A program made the position numbers and the translations under genes. A stretch of DNA of 64,000 nt from contig NC_043003.1 of assembly GCF_006345805.1 (NCBI RefSeq), positions 78,058,001-78,122,000 of the forward strand, written 5' to 3'. This DNA is from Octopus sinensis (lineage: Eukaryota). This document shows positions 25,571-38,300 of the stretch, piece by piece. The stretch's first letter is position 1; every line of letters starts with the position of its first letter. Under the pieces are notes generated by a model, which did not search any database, had not been told where the DNA came from, and saw only the letters and a list, made by a program, of their open reading frames with translations.

Positions 25571-26445
25571 AGAACAGATGATTACACTGGTATGGTCATG
25601 TGATGTATATGGACAAATACAGCTGTATAAAAAAAAAAGTGCCGATCTGTAACTGTGGAGGGTACCTGTGGAAGGGGCAGGCCCAGAAAGATGTGGGAAG
25701 GGGCAGGCCCAGAAAGACGTGGGAAGGGGCAGGCCCAGGTAGACGTGGGAAGGGACAGGCCCAGGTAGACGTGGGAAGGGGCAGGCTCAGAGAGACGTGG
25801 GAAGGGGCAGGCTCAGGGAGACGTGGGAAGGGGCAGGCTCAGGGAGACAGGCCCAGGAAGACGTGGGACAAGTTGAAGTGTGATCTTCGAACATTTGGCC
25901 TCATGGAGGCAATGGCTAGTGACTGAGACCTTTGACGATATGCTGTGGTTTAGAAGGCTCGTCAAGCTACGTGAAATCATAGTTGTAGCTGATGCTGGTA
26001 TCATGTGACTGGCACCAATGCCTGTGGCATGCAAAAAACACCCTTTTAATATTGGGCCTCACAGAGGCAATGTGGCTGATGCCGTTGTCACATAGCTAGC
26101 ACCTGTGTTGGTGGCATGTAAAATGCACTTTTTGAGCATTGGGCCTCATGGAGGCAATGACAAATGACTGAAACCTTTGGCAATATGCCATGTTTGAGAA
26201 GACCCATCAAGCCAAGTGAAATCATAGTTGTGGCAGATACTGGTGTCATGCAACTGTCACCTGTGCCAGCAACACGTAGAAGCACCCATTACACTCTCAG
26301 AGTAGTTGGCATTAGGAAGGGCATCCAGCTGTAGAAATCACACCAAATCAAACTGGAGTCTGGTGTAGCCTCTCAGTTTACCAGCTCTGGTAAAACCGTC
26401 CAACCCATGCCAGCATGGACAATGGATGTTAAATGATGATGAGGA
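25571..26445 (+). mobile_element. RTE LINE 3' end with (GAT)n tail
   Basis: WYGHVM...GRGRPRKTW...DLRTFGLMEAM C-terminal ORF motifs, a duplicated 3' UTR block, then AGGAAGGGCATCCAGCTGTAG...CCAACCCATGCCAGCATGG...AAATGATGAT. Confidence 0.85.
25668..25862 (+). repeat. 26-bp G-rich minisatellite x7 plus partial unit
   Basis: GTGGGAAGGGGCAGGCCCAG(A/G)NAGAC units, derived from the codons for GRGRPRKTW. Confidence 0.95.
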
Positions 26446-26863
26446 TGGAGGGATGCGATTTGAGGGAGATTTGGCTGTTATTTCCTGCTGGTTGAGTGAA
26501 CACAAGGCTCAGAAAAAATGCTTAGTTAATGTACCTGCATATTTCAATCTCTTAAAGTAGGTTAGTTACAGATGTGATGGAAAATATTGGCATCAAAAAG
26601 TTATCAAAACAACTAGCTTCAACTGTTGTTGTTTTTTTTTTTTTATTTTCTTTTACTCTCCCAATTCCTGCCCTCTTGCAGAGGCCTCTGTTAGCAGGCA
26701 GCTGGATTTTGCTTAATTGAATGCCAAATATTTTTTCATATTTCTTTAGGAATTATAGATGATATAAAGGAAACTTTTTTTTCATTTAAATCTGATTTTA
26801 AAAATACAAAACACCTTTTTGTCTTGATTATTGATTTGGATGTGTGTCTGTTTACATTATATA

Positions 26864-27283
26864 CTCTTTCTTTTTACTCTTTTTAGTTGTTTCAGTCATT
26901 TGACTGCGGCCATGCTGGAGCACCGCCTTTAGTCGAGCAAATCGACCCCGGGACTTATTCTTTGTAAGCCCAGTACTTATTCTATCGGTCTCTTTTGCCG
27001 AACCGCTAAGTGACGGGGACGTAAACACACCAGCATCGGTTGTCAAGCAATGCTAGAGGGACAAACACAGACACACAAACATATACACACACATACATAT
27101 ATATATATATACATATATACGACAGGCTTCTTTCAGTTTCCGTCTACCAAATCCACTCACAAGGCTTTGGTCGGCCCGAGGCTATAGCAGAAGACACTTG
27201 CCCAAGATGTCACGCAGTGGGACTGAACCCAGAACCATGTGGTTGGTAGGCAAGCTACTTAACACACACCCACTCCTGCGCCT
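26864..27283 (-). mobile_element. SINE family A, full length, young-looking copy
   Basis: Retains most CpGs; reverse complement of 4497-4907 over nearly its full length. Confidence 0.9.
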
Positions 27284-27621
27284 ATATATATATATATATA
27301 TATATATGCATATAAATGAAACATTGAAATGCTAATATATTGTCTGCAATTTTAAATTCTGTTTTGGAGATCCAGGGCCAGTTGAGCATTCATTAAGACC
27401 AATTTAACTAGGTTTGTTCATCTGTAATGAAAGAATTTGACTTTTAAAAAGTTACTTCAACCATGTGCAGTATCCCTAAACTCACAGGCTTAAATCTGTT
27501 GCTTTTAGAATAAATTTGCTTTAACAGATTCAGTATCTCCTTTTGTAATTACATCTGAATTTAAGTGTGGTGTGTTGCAAAATACATAGACAGTTCTATA
27601 TTTAAGAGATGAGGAATTATG

Positions 27622-27888
27622 TGCATTATTTACATTTGACGGATATTTGTCCTCATCTTGTTTGTTGTTAACACAACGTTTTGGTTGATATACCCTCCAG
27701 CCTTCATCAAGTGTCTTGGGGAAATTTCAAACCTTAGGTATTTTTCGATGTTATTATTATTATTAGGAATGAGATCTCAGGTTCAAAATTTCCCCAAGAC
27801 ACCTGATGAAGGCTGGAGGATATATCAGCTGAAACGTTGTGTTAACAACAACCAAGATGACAAATATCTGTCAAATGTAAATAATGTA
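27622..27888. repeat. Long inverted repeat (~110-bp arms, 44-nt spacer) derived from Penelope-like element termini
   Basis: Left arm 27622-27734 and right arm 27779-27888 are reverse complements with few mismatches; direct repeat AAAATACATA at 27579-27588 and 27888-27897 may be a TSD. Confidence 0.85.
27798..27843 (+). ncRNA. Minimal type I hammerhead ribozyme motif (Penelope-like element type)
   Basis: Stem I GACAC/GTGTT; CTGATGA (27803-27809) + A; stem II GGCTG/CAGCT; GAAAC (27831-27835); GTT cleavage triplet (27836-27838); palindromic AACGTT in place of an intramolecular stem III. Confidence 0.65.
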
Positions 27889-28169
27889 AAATACATATAG
27901 TTTGATATTTCTAATTTACAGTTTTTCTCTCTTATGTTTGTGTATTCAGCACCATATTTTGGTAAATGCACTCTTTTAGATTATACTTTTCTCTTTAGAG
28001 TTGTCACAATTGAGGATATCTAGAATGTACTAATGTGAGAAATTATCCTCTAATTTCCTCTCTTATTCCTAATTTTTATGAATTCAGTTCAGAATTGTAC
28101 TGGAAGTATTCAAATTAACTTGTGGAACTAACTTTATGGTGATGTAAGAAGGGGAAAACCTTGTCATTC

Positions 28170-28310
28170 TTACATTAACAACTTGATTGTAGAGATACTG
28201 GCCTGGAATGTGCCTAGGACCTCAAGGCAGTGATGTGGGACCAAGAAGTGTGGCAGGTGGACTTTGTTCCTGTGGCCCAGGTTGGAACCTGGCCATTAGA
28301 TAAGATTAAT
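28170..28310 (+). mobile_element. RTE LINE C-terminal relic
   Basis: Reads RDTGLECA*DLKAVMWDQEVW, resembling RTE ...DTGL...DL...M.DR.VW. Confidence 0.45.
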
Positions 28311-29391
28311 GAAGTGAGAATAATGTATCCAGGGACCTATAAGTGTAGGATTTAACTCTTCTCTAATAAACCCCACCCCCCACAAAAAAACCAAAAAAAC
28401 CCCCCAAATCTCCAGCTTTCTTGAGTTTTGAGTTCTCTCCCTACTAGGTCCGAAAACAGTTTTTGTCCCACCTTGCCAAATTTAAGTTGGAGGCTTTAAT
28501 TGCATCACCTCATTTTAAAGACCTCTTTAGTTGTCTGCATTGCTTTTGCTTGCTTCGATTAATCATTGTTCAACAATGTTTGCCTCAGCTTAATAGGAGT
28601 GTAGTCTCAATCATGTTTACACCCACCATACCAAGTTACCACTTCTATGTAAATATTTAGTGCTGTCTTAAAATGAAACTGCATCTTTGGATTTGCTTAT
28701 GCCACATTCTTGATAAGCTTTGGATTCCTTCCTGTCACTTCTTTCAAATGCAGTTAGTATTCTAAAGTGAAAACAGAACATTTATTTTTACTGTGGATGT
28801 GAAACATATGTTGCAAGTGAAGGGTGTAAACTGCCTTAACTATCCTTATAGTAGTAAGTGGTATTGATTCCATTTCTGGGGCATGATATCTTTGTTGTTG
28901 TACCTAATACCAGGTATCACTTTGGGTATGGTTTAATTAAAATATCAAACTATGTTTTCATTTCCTGCTAATTCTGTGATGGTGTCAGAAACTTCCCTTA
29001 GCAGCAGCTGATTTCCATCTTCAACAATGATTTTGGATCACATTTGAAACTGTGCAGTTTATTTATAAACTAGAATACCCCTCCACCCCATAACTATATT
29101 AATAGTATAATGTAGGAAAATGAATTGGTTTACTTTGTATTCTTGAAAGAGGTCTTACATGATCAAATTAACAGGAATTTTAATTAGCTCATTAATAAAG
29201 ATTTAACCTAGATAATTATGAGTTTTGATAATTTGCAGTGTTACAGCATATCTCATTGGTTTGGTTTCAAACCTTGTTGGGGCCCACTTGCCCACTAAGG
29301 GCTTCTGTCTGCACTTGCTTTCATAAAGATAAAGTTTGTAGTAAGAATATGAATTGGTTTTACTTTTACCTTTTTTGGCTTGTAGTTAATA

Positions 29392-30658
29392 CAAAGGTTG
29401 GCTTGAAAGTTCATAGGCTGACTAAGATACTCTCATGAAATGTGACCAAATGAGGTTTATTTTTCAACATAGTCTCCCTTGCAATCTACACACTTCTTCC
29501 ATCAGTGTTACAGTGCTTGGATCCCATTCGCGAAGAAGTTGATAAAAAAAAACGTTATCAATAGCAGACATGACATTGTCATCACTGTGATACTGATTCC
29601 CAGTGTTTTTCATGTTGGGGAACATGATAGTCAGATGGGGCCAAATCAGGGGAATAGAGAAGGTGATCAACCAGTTGAAAGCTATAGTCATGTACAGCAG
29701 CCATTAAAACCTAGGTCTTGTGTGCTGGAGCATTGTCCTGATGAAACAAGTCTCCTTTCAGTGGTTTTCCTGAGTGTTTGGTATTGATGACCTTTTGTTA
29801 CTGCTTCAGCAAGTTGGTATAGTAGTCTCCATTAATAGTGTGGCCTTTTTGAATAAACACAATGCCTTTTGCATCCTGCAAAACTGAAGCCATCACCTTT
29901 CCTGCAGATGAAATGACTTTGGCCTTCTTTAGAGCAGGCGAGGAGGAGTGTTTCCATTGCATGGATTGTCTCTTGGTCTCTGGTTCAAAGTGATAAGGCC
30001 AACACTCACCTTAGGTTAGGAAATGTTCAAGGAAACCAGCTGGATCTTCCTCAAACAATGTCAAATTTTCCCATGATGTGATCAACTTGGTGCACTTTTG
30101 ATTGGGTGTCAGAAGATGTGGCACCTACTGAGCAGAAATATTTGTCATGCCAGGTTCACTGTGCAGAATATTCTCAACTCTCTCACAAGATATTCTAATA
30201 GCATTGGCTATTCGATATATAGTCAGTTGCCTACCATTCATCATTATGTAGTAAATGTGATCAATGTTTTCCTTTGTGGTGGTAGTTGCAGGACATTCAG
30301 GCCTTAGGTCATCTTCAAAACTATCCTTTCCTCTCCTAAATTCAGCTACCCACTTCTGCACTGTTGATAAAACTGGAGTGTCATCCCCTAAGGTAGCAAC
30401 CATGTCAGCATGAATGCCCTTGGGGGCTAAACCCTTTTTTCTGCCGCTACTTGATAACACCATGATGCCAAATTTTGTCCATTTTCAAGAGAAGTGCTAC
30501 TAGTTACTTTTGAGGTCATCTTTGAACAGTCAGATGTGAATTTACATGGAAAGAAACAATGCAGTTATTAATAAGAAGGGTTGAAATTAATGCATGCAAG
30601 ATTTCACAGCTCTAGTATCACACCTTCATAGTCAGTCTATAAACTGTATTTACCTCAA
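29392..30658 (-). mobile_element. Old, degenerate mariner element (~1.27 kb)
   Basis: Minus-strand N-terminal HTH region (KGLAPKGIHADMVATLGDDTPVLSTVQKWVAEFRRG...); frameshifted C-terminus AGTGTGTAGATTGCAAGGGAGACTATGTTGAAAAATAA; decayed TIRs sharing AGTT(C/T)ATAG(G/A)CTGAC. Confidence 0.85.
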
Positions 30659-33379
30659 TAAAACCTATCTCAAGGGTTAATGTGCTGATGTACTACTCTC
30701 ATAGTCAGATCAAATTTTATTGCTTTATCCTTTGTGTTATGTCCCTGGCAATCATTTTCTTTGCATAAATATGCCTAAAAACTATTACCACTCCTAATAC
30801 CTGCTGTTTTAGAATAACATAATACTATATTGATGCTGTTGTTTATATACTGTCTGTCCTTCTCAATCACATCATTCATACAAAGCATTTAGTTAAAATT
30901 TCTATGCATGACCATCCTCTGGGCCTCTTTCTAAAGTGGGTGACAGAGAATTTAAGCTGTTACATAAAACAGGTCTTGGCTTATATATAAAAAAGAAACA
31001 TTACCATTAGATGTAGTGCAATATATTTTATTTAAGAAATGCTTTAGTTTAAATACAGAACTTCTGGGTCAGTTTTGCCTGGCTCCTTTCAGTCCAAGGC
31101 ACATATAAAGATGAAAACAGTTTTTTTAATAATAACTGGGTGTGTTTTGACTTCATTACATACTTTCCAGACAACTTTGAAAACCAAGTTATTCTACCAT
31201 AATAACAGTTGTTAGCTGGTAGGTAATAGAGTGGGATGTCAGTAACAAAAAAAAAAGGCTTAACTCTGTTCGTTACAGCTTGGTTTAATGAAGCACCATA
31301 TGGAAATAAAACTCCATTGCTGCAAGTGACAAGAACACTAACTATATAATTAACAATGTTTACTGTGTGAAGATGAAATTCTTTCATGGACTGACTTCCT
31401 GTTCAGTCAGTTCAAATTATCTGCTGTGTTTCTAACTTTAGAAAACCTCTTTATTAATAAGTTATTTAGTCTTGGGTCAGCTTTGTTTGAACTACCCCAG
31501 GGTCAAGGACATTTCAGCTGTGATCATACCAATTTTAAGGGCATGGTTTGAAAGTGCTTTGGCTGTCATTTATATAAGGTCTAGCAATCTCTCATAAGCT
31601 CCTTTTATTCAAGTGATCATTGAAACTTTAATAATAAATTGGGTATTTTATGTACAATCTCTTTAAGATGAATCTTTTTTTAAAATTTTTTTTTTTTTTA
31701 ACCTCAATTTGTCAGAAGTGACATTTTTCAGGACCTCCAAAATGGAAGATAGGAAGTGTTTCAGAGACATGGGTTGAATGTTTGCTAGTAAATGGACTGC
31801 TAACTAAAATCACCTAAGATCCAAGTGATCATGTTAAAGCAGACAGTGATCTACCTCTGTTATTTAAGCTTCACTGGCAATAGTTAAGAGTTAATGAAAT
31901 AATTTGCACAAAATTGGGCTAACATAGTGATTTCAAAGTATCAATGGCTGTGAAAAGAAGGGATAGACAGGAAAGAAACATCAGACGGAATATGGCCTGT
32001 GAGTATAGAAGATAGCAAAAATTGTTTTACAAAGCTTGAAGTGAATAGTTAAGACAGTTTAAGGGAAAGATAACATATTTAGTTAGATATAAAAGATTGT
32101 TTGTAGGAAATGGACTACTTTTTTAAAGACTTCATCCAAAAAGGAAAAATGGTGCCTGAGACTATTTTTCAGGGCCTCTAAGACTGGTAAGTGGCAATTA
32201 ATGTCAGACTGGAGATTTATTCTGAATGCATGCAACTCTATTAAAGATGCTATGGACCCTTGTAGTTAAACTAAATGACAGATTGTCTTATCACCTCTAA
32301 AACAGGAATGGTTCCTTTTGCAGGGCATCTACACAGTTTCTATCTTCCAAATGCCACTCACAAAGCATTAGTCAACCTGAAGCTATGGTAGCAGACATTT
32401 GTCAAAGGTGCCACCCAGTGAGGTTGAATTCAAACCCTTAGTTGTGAAGTGAATTTCTTAACCACGAATCCACATGATTCCATCTAAAATATTTTGTTAG
32501 ATTTTTAGATCAAAGTGAATCCATTTTATGCATGGAACAGCTGTAACAATAATAAATGTTGACTTTTGATTCAGCAGTGTTGATTGAGAGAAAGAGAGAG
32601 AGAGTTATATGATCAGTTTTATGCTTGTCTATTGAATTAGTCTATTTTTTCAGAAAATCATTTAACATTTATGAGAGCATCATATTCATCATTATCTGTT
32701 TTTCAAATTACAATTGGTTTTTCAATACTGTTCAACATCACATTCAAGTTTATATGATATTATTATTATTATTCCTACCTCCCTTTCAACATATCTGTCT
32801 ACCCACCAAAAAATTAGATAATGTTTTAGTCAGTTTGTTTGTTTTATTCATTACTACAGTATTAAGTTTTATTTCTGAAATTACTGCAGTTAGAAAGAAC
32901 AAAATTGTTTGTCAGTGATTATACACTAAATAAATAAATAAATAATTGGATTTAAAAAAAATTGCTTAAAGGCAAATTATATATGGAAATACTGAGCAAT
33001 GTACAGATTATGAGAAATGGAATGCAACAACTGTTTTCTACAAAAGATTGTAGTTGACAAGAAAGCTTCATGATTGCTTGACCTGCAAGAAATACCAACT
33101 AGGTCTTTTTCAAATCACACCATAAATGGACACATTGGATAACATTGTCCTAGAGACTGTTATGGCTAGATAGTTATGGTTGAATTCCATTTTAGGTTTA
33201 TTCAGTGTTGGTATAGGCTGAAACAAAAATGATAGCCATCACTCGTGAGTATAGCTTGGTAACATTTACTGTTCTTTCACTAATTATCTTAACTGTCTAT
33301 GTAGTCATGAGCAGACACAGTCACCCTCTTGGCCTTCCCAAGTCCAGGACTTGGCAGTGGGTGGAGAGTAGGGAATGAG

Positions 33380-33535
33380 GCCTACATCAGCACTCAGGTG
33401 GAATCATTTTCAGCCGAGTAAACTGGAGCACTGTGAAATGAAGTACCTTGCTCAAGGTGGACATCTTGCTGTCCAATCTGTGAATCAAACCCTTAATTTT
33501 ATGTTTGTGAGCCCAACTCAGTAATCTCTAGGCCC
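33380..33535 (-). mobile_element. SINE family C, diverged copy
   Basis: GAGTAAACTGGAGCACTGTGAAATGAAGTACCTTGCTCAAGG is the reverse complement of the family C body. Confidence 0.6.
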
Positions 33536-35665
33536 AACAGCTATATTAAACACTGACAATATATCAAAAGAAGAATTTTCTAATTTCTTTGGTTTGGTGT
33601 TTTTGTTAATATTTTATCAGATATTTCTTCTGACTAAACAACAGAATGGCAGTGATTGGAACTGCACATTAAACCTATTTCCTGAGTCAGTTTAAATGTT
33701 ATTTATTTATATTATTTTTGATGTTTGAGATGACCAAAGATTTCTCAATGGTTACTGATAGTACTTTTCCATATCTAACCTCATAATACTCTCAGCAGTC
33801 AAAGAGTAAACCCAGCACGTTTTAAACCTGAAATTCTCTTTAAAATGTTACAACTTTTAAAAGTGAGTAATGCCAAGAATCACTTATCAGAAAATAGATC
33901 TGTTGTGATTTCTGTCTTCAATTGCTATTTGTCCTACATACTTCATATTTTCATTTTAAATATTATGTTATTTGTCAGACTGATTGATTGATGGCTTTTA
34001 GTTATGGAAATCTAGAAGATATTCAACTGTAAGGAATTTGCCTTCCCTTTAATGTTTTTCAAATGAATCCCAAAAGTTGATTTTAAACTTGATAAGTTGT
34101 AAATTTTGAGTTCAAGTTGTGTGAGATTTTTTATTAAAATTCTTGCTTTTTTTGGTAGTATTTATTTAGTTATTGTTTAATAAAGGAGAGAAGCACAGTG
34201 CCTTTTCCATGCCTTTTTAAGAAAAGCCTCTGAGACTGGGAGAATATGGGAAATATTCTTAAATGGGAGACCTTGTCCAGATGCTTGCAACTGAGTAAAC
34301 TCTCCAAAAGATACTAAAGGATCAAACAGCAGTGTTCAACCAAATAATGGATTTAGCTTTAAATTATTTTAAAAAATGCTCCACCGCCACCACCACCACC
34401 ACTACTACTACTTTTAAGTATATATGTGAAGATATATCATTTTGCATGTGCATGTGTTTGTGTTATAATAATCATGAGGAAATTTGCAGGAAAATGATTG
34501 TACAAGATGGAATTTCTTTGTAAATTTTATTTCTGGATTTTCCTATCTAGGATCCATTGTGAAAAGTTGTGAGATTGCTTCATGACATGTGTTGGTACGT
34601 TTTCTGGATTGTTTTGTATTTTGTTCTACACATTCAGAAAGGCTACTCATGCCAAGGAGCATATTTCATCAATTTATCTCCATGCTATCTTCCAATGACC
34701 ATAAAAAAAGAAAGAAAAAAAAAACTCTTAACATTTGCTATTTGTGTTCATTTCATTCACAACAGGCAGTTTTATTCTTTTATTGGCCTCAATATCTGCA
34801 ACAATATCTGGGGTTAAAATATCTTCTGGTCTCGAAATGAAGGATCTAGTCTTTTGGATGTGCTAAGAATGTGCTTTACCAGGGGTGGTTCTTAATGATA
34901 AAATTAAACCTCAGGGAACCTGAAATTTTATTCTAGGTGAGACAAAGAACTCAGTTAATATATGCCACATTGGTGTAATCTGATAAGCTACACAGCAATG
35001 CTTGTGCTGATATAAAACTCAATGGAAATTGAATGTAATCGCTAGAATTTAAGAATAATTAGTGGTCTTTAGTAAAAACAAGCAAATGCCACAGTTATAA
35101 TACTGTATTGTGAGAAGTTTCAGGCAGTCTTCATGCTTTCAAACTTTAGATATTTCCTTTCATATATTTCTGTTTTTATAACCTTTTTGTTTCTGATGTT
35201 CATAACTGTTTTGCCTACAGAATGGTGAGTTAGGGTTGCCATGTTACCTCAGTTTACATATCTCTGATTTACTTCATAAAAACAACAAAGGTAAAAAGAA
35301 AACAAATTTCCATAAAATCTCTATCTGAATTATTTTTGTAAAGGCATATTTTGTGTTTTAGTTTCTGACCACTTCTAGCTCTACATCATCTAGATCTGGA
35401 TTATTTTTGTAAAGATGTAATTTAATTTCTAACCACTACTGGGTTTACATTTTCCTGTGTGTCTGTTTTTTTTAAAACAATGAAGGTATAAATTGGGAGA
35501 GTTAGCTGCTATTTCTAGTTGGTTGGATAACTATGTAAAGACTCCATCATTGGCTCATTAAGTAAATTATTTCAATGTTTTTTTTCCCCCCTGATATAAC
35601 TGCTGTATTTATTGCTTTGTGATTAATTTGCATTTTACTGACTTACATTTTATTTTCCTTTCCAG

Positions 35666-35845
35666 AATTCGGCCTCAATGTGGCCGAGAAAGGATTGATA
35701 TGTGCCAAATTTGCACCGATGTTATCTATGCGGAATCTCAGCTTATCTTGGGAAAAGATAAGGCATTTACATTTGACTATGTATTTGACAGAGATACAGT
35801 TCAGAAGGATGTTTATGAAACTTGTGTACAAATGCTTGTTGAAGG
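35666..35845 (+). CDS. KIF21: Kinesin-4 family KIF21A/B-like motor, internal coding exon (probable exon 2)
   Basis: Encodes (R)IRPQCGRERIDMCQICTDVIYAESQLILGKDKAFTFDYVFDRDTVQKDVYETCVQMLVE(G); GKDKAFTFDYVFD is typical of KIF21. Branch-like TACTGAC and TTTTCCTTTCCAG acceptor upstream, GG|GTAAGT donor; 180 nt, phase 2/2. Confidence 0.95.
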
Positions 35846-37379
35846 GTAAGTCCTGTTTTTCTTTTCTCCAATTCCAAGTAAAAAGGAGAAGAAAAAAAAA
35901 ATGGAACAGTAAACTTTCCAAACATTTTTGGAGTCGAGATTTCATCAGTATGAATTTTTCACCTTTTACTAGGAAGTGTTTTTTAATGCATTATATAAAT
36001 AAAAGGAGAGCACAAAAAATATTGTTTGATACATTGTAATGAATACCACTTTATTAGTTGCATAATGACTAAGTAATTGGGGGGTGGGTGGTTGGGATTT
36101 TTGTTAACTGTTTACAAAATGCAAGAAAACACTTCCCTCTAGTTTTAGATGATGAAAACATGTTTATCATCATCATCTGCTCAAATTGAGGTGGGGAGAA
36201 TACATGTTCTTACAGAATTATGCTTCACCATTAACATTTAACGTCTGTTTTCCATGCTGGCATGGGTCAGATGGCTTGTCAGGAACTGGCGAGCCTGGGG
36301 TCGCACTAGATTCCATAGTCTGTTTTGGCTTGGTTTCTATGGCTGGATGCCCTTCCTAATGCCAACCATTCTTCTTCCATTTAAAGGAAAGACTTGATTA
36401 GACTTGCTAAGAATCAGCAGATCTAATCTTTAGACACATGAGAACATCAATGTTGATATTTTTAAGATAGACTTAAAGCCAGGAATTTGTGGATAGAGAT
36501 TAGTTCAGATAAATTGATCTCAGTACTTAACTGGTACTTTATTTTGATCTCAAAGAGATGAGCAAAGTTGACTTGAAAAGGAGGCAAAGATCTGTAACAA
36601 ATGTTGCCAGTAATTTTTGCTGGTTTGGCTCTATGTCCTGTATTTGAATCCTGAGTTAACTTTACCTTTTGTCCTTCCAGGGTTCAGTAGGTTTGTTAAA
36701 AAGAGTACCAGTCAAATAATCAACTAGCTCTACCATTCTCGAATTCCAGGCCTGGTATCTTGCATTAGGAACATTATTTGTAGTTTTGGAGGATTGGCAG
36801 AGTCATTAGAACATCGTTCAAAATGCTTTACCTTATTTGTTTCAGCTTGTTTTAAGTTCAAATCCCACTGAAGTCCACTTCACCATTGTGGTTGATGAAA
36901 TAAGTACCAATCAGGTACTAGAACAAGTGTATTGACTAATCTCTTTCCTCAAATTCCTGGCATTGTATTCATTTTAGAAACATATAATTCTCACATCTTC
37001 AAAGATTATATTTGTTAATTCCTAGCAGTTCTCACCAAGTTTTCAATTTAAATATAGTTAAGCTTCCTAGTGCAAAGACATGTATTCTCCCCACCTCCGT
37101 ATTTGGTCAGAATATGAAGCAAACATTGTGAGATGTGTTAACCACAGTGTAAAATGAGGTCAAGCGAAAGAGTTTGTGCCAACAAGTTAATAGCTTCTAG
37201 CAATGTCTATAGGAATTTTTTTTTATGTATTTAATGATGGGAATTTTTCCCCTGTTGTTTTGTTTTACTTTCTTTTTCACTTTTCAAGTCAAACATATTG
37301 TTACTGCTCTAGTATTCCGTTTATGTTTAGTTATTATTGAATATTGTAAAGTTATTTTGAATGAAAATTGTGGGTTGCC

Positions 37380-38300
37380 TTTCATGCCAATGTTTCCTCT
37401 AGCTGTAGCCATTTCCCGTCAACACCCATACCTCATTCGTAACACTGTCTCATCTACCATTGTCCTCTGCTACCTTTGTTTGCCACTCACAACATTCACT
37501 CTTATGTACTTAGGATCACCTCCATCCCATCACCATACATCTCTCAATCTCCCTTACACTCTTGTAACCTTTACCCACCCTTTCCCACTTATCTCTCTCT
37601 TTCAATCCTCCCCTCTCTACTGCATTCAGCTGCTCATCGCTCTTTCTGTATTGCCAGTCATCACTTCCTTTCCCTTGGGCCACTTCTATTGACATCCATT
37701 CCTCATTCTTATCACCTTCCCTCCTATTTATACTTACCACCCTTGTTCACCATTTACTAAATTCACTCCTATTCATTTCTATAACCACTTCTCACTCTCC
37801 CTCCCTTACTCTTGCAACATTTACCCATCCTTACTCCTCATCTTCTGACTCCACACTCTCTTCTGTTCACCTTATGCTTTGAGTGTATATTCCAACCTCT
37901 TGTTACCCCTCCTCTCTCCATCTCCACTCCAGTTACTCCTATCTCCTTATAGGGTAGCTATCTATCTCATCTATAACTACAAATCTGTTCCCATCCCTTC
38001 CGTCATACTTTAACTTCCCAACACTTTGCATAAAGCCATTTTCCTCTATATTATACTCTCATTTTGTGAAGGTGGCCTTTTAAATCTTTTAAGTTACATG
38101 GTAACTTCACTAGTGCTGGTGCCACAAAATGGAACCAGTACTCTCTGCAAAATAGTTGCCAATAGGAAGGATATTCAATCATTGAAACCATGCCAAATCT
38201 GAGCCACTAGTGCAATTCATGGTCCTCTGACCTGTTGGATCCTGTCACTATCCAACTTGTAACAGCATAGAAAGTGAATGTGAAATGATGATGATTGTTT
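37380..38300 (+). mobile_element. Retroposon 3' portion with long C/T-rich tract and (GAT)n tail
   Basis: ~550-bp G-poor strand-asymmetric tract followed by the RTE-like tail (AATAGGAAGGATATTC...AAATGATGATGAT). Confidence 0.5.

Noticed and set aside
33979-34028. Candidate first coding exon MAFSYGNLEDIQ(L) with phase-2 GTAAGG donor
   Set aside because: In frame with exon 2 but lacks the conserved V-x-V-A-x-R strand of the motor; weak donor context; chance cannot be excluded without RNA data.
35221-35224. 4-nt AATG microexon between a strong acceptor (CCTACAG) and GTGAGT
   Set aside because: Out of frame with exon 2 whether used internally or as a start; no supporting evidence beyond the splice-like signals.
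37225-37760. 155-aa and 94-aa ORFs
   Set aside because: Produced by the G-poor pyrimidine tract, which lowers stop-codon frequency; no recognisable domain.
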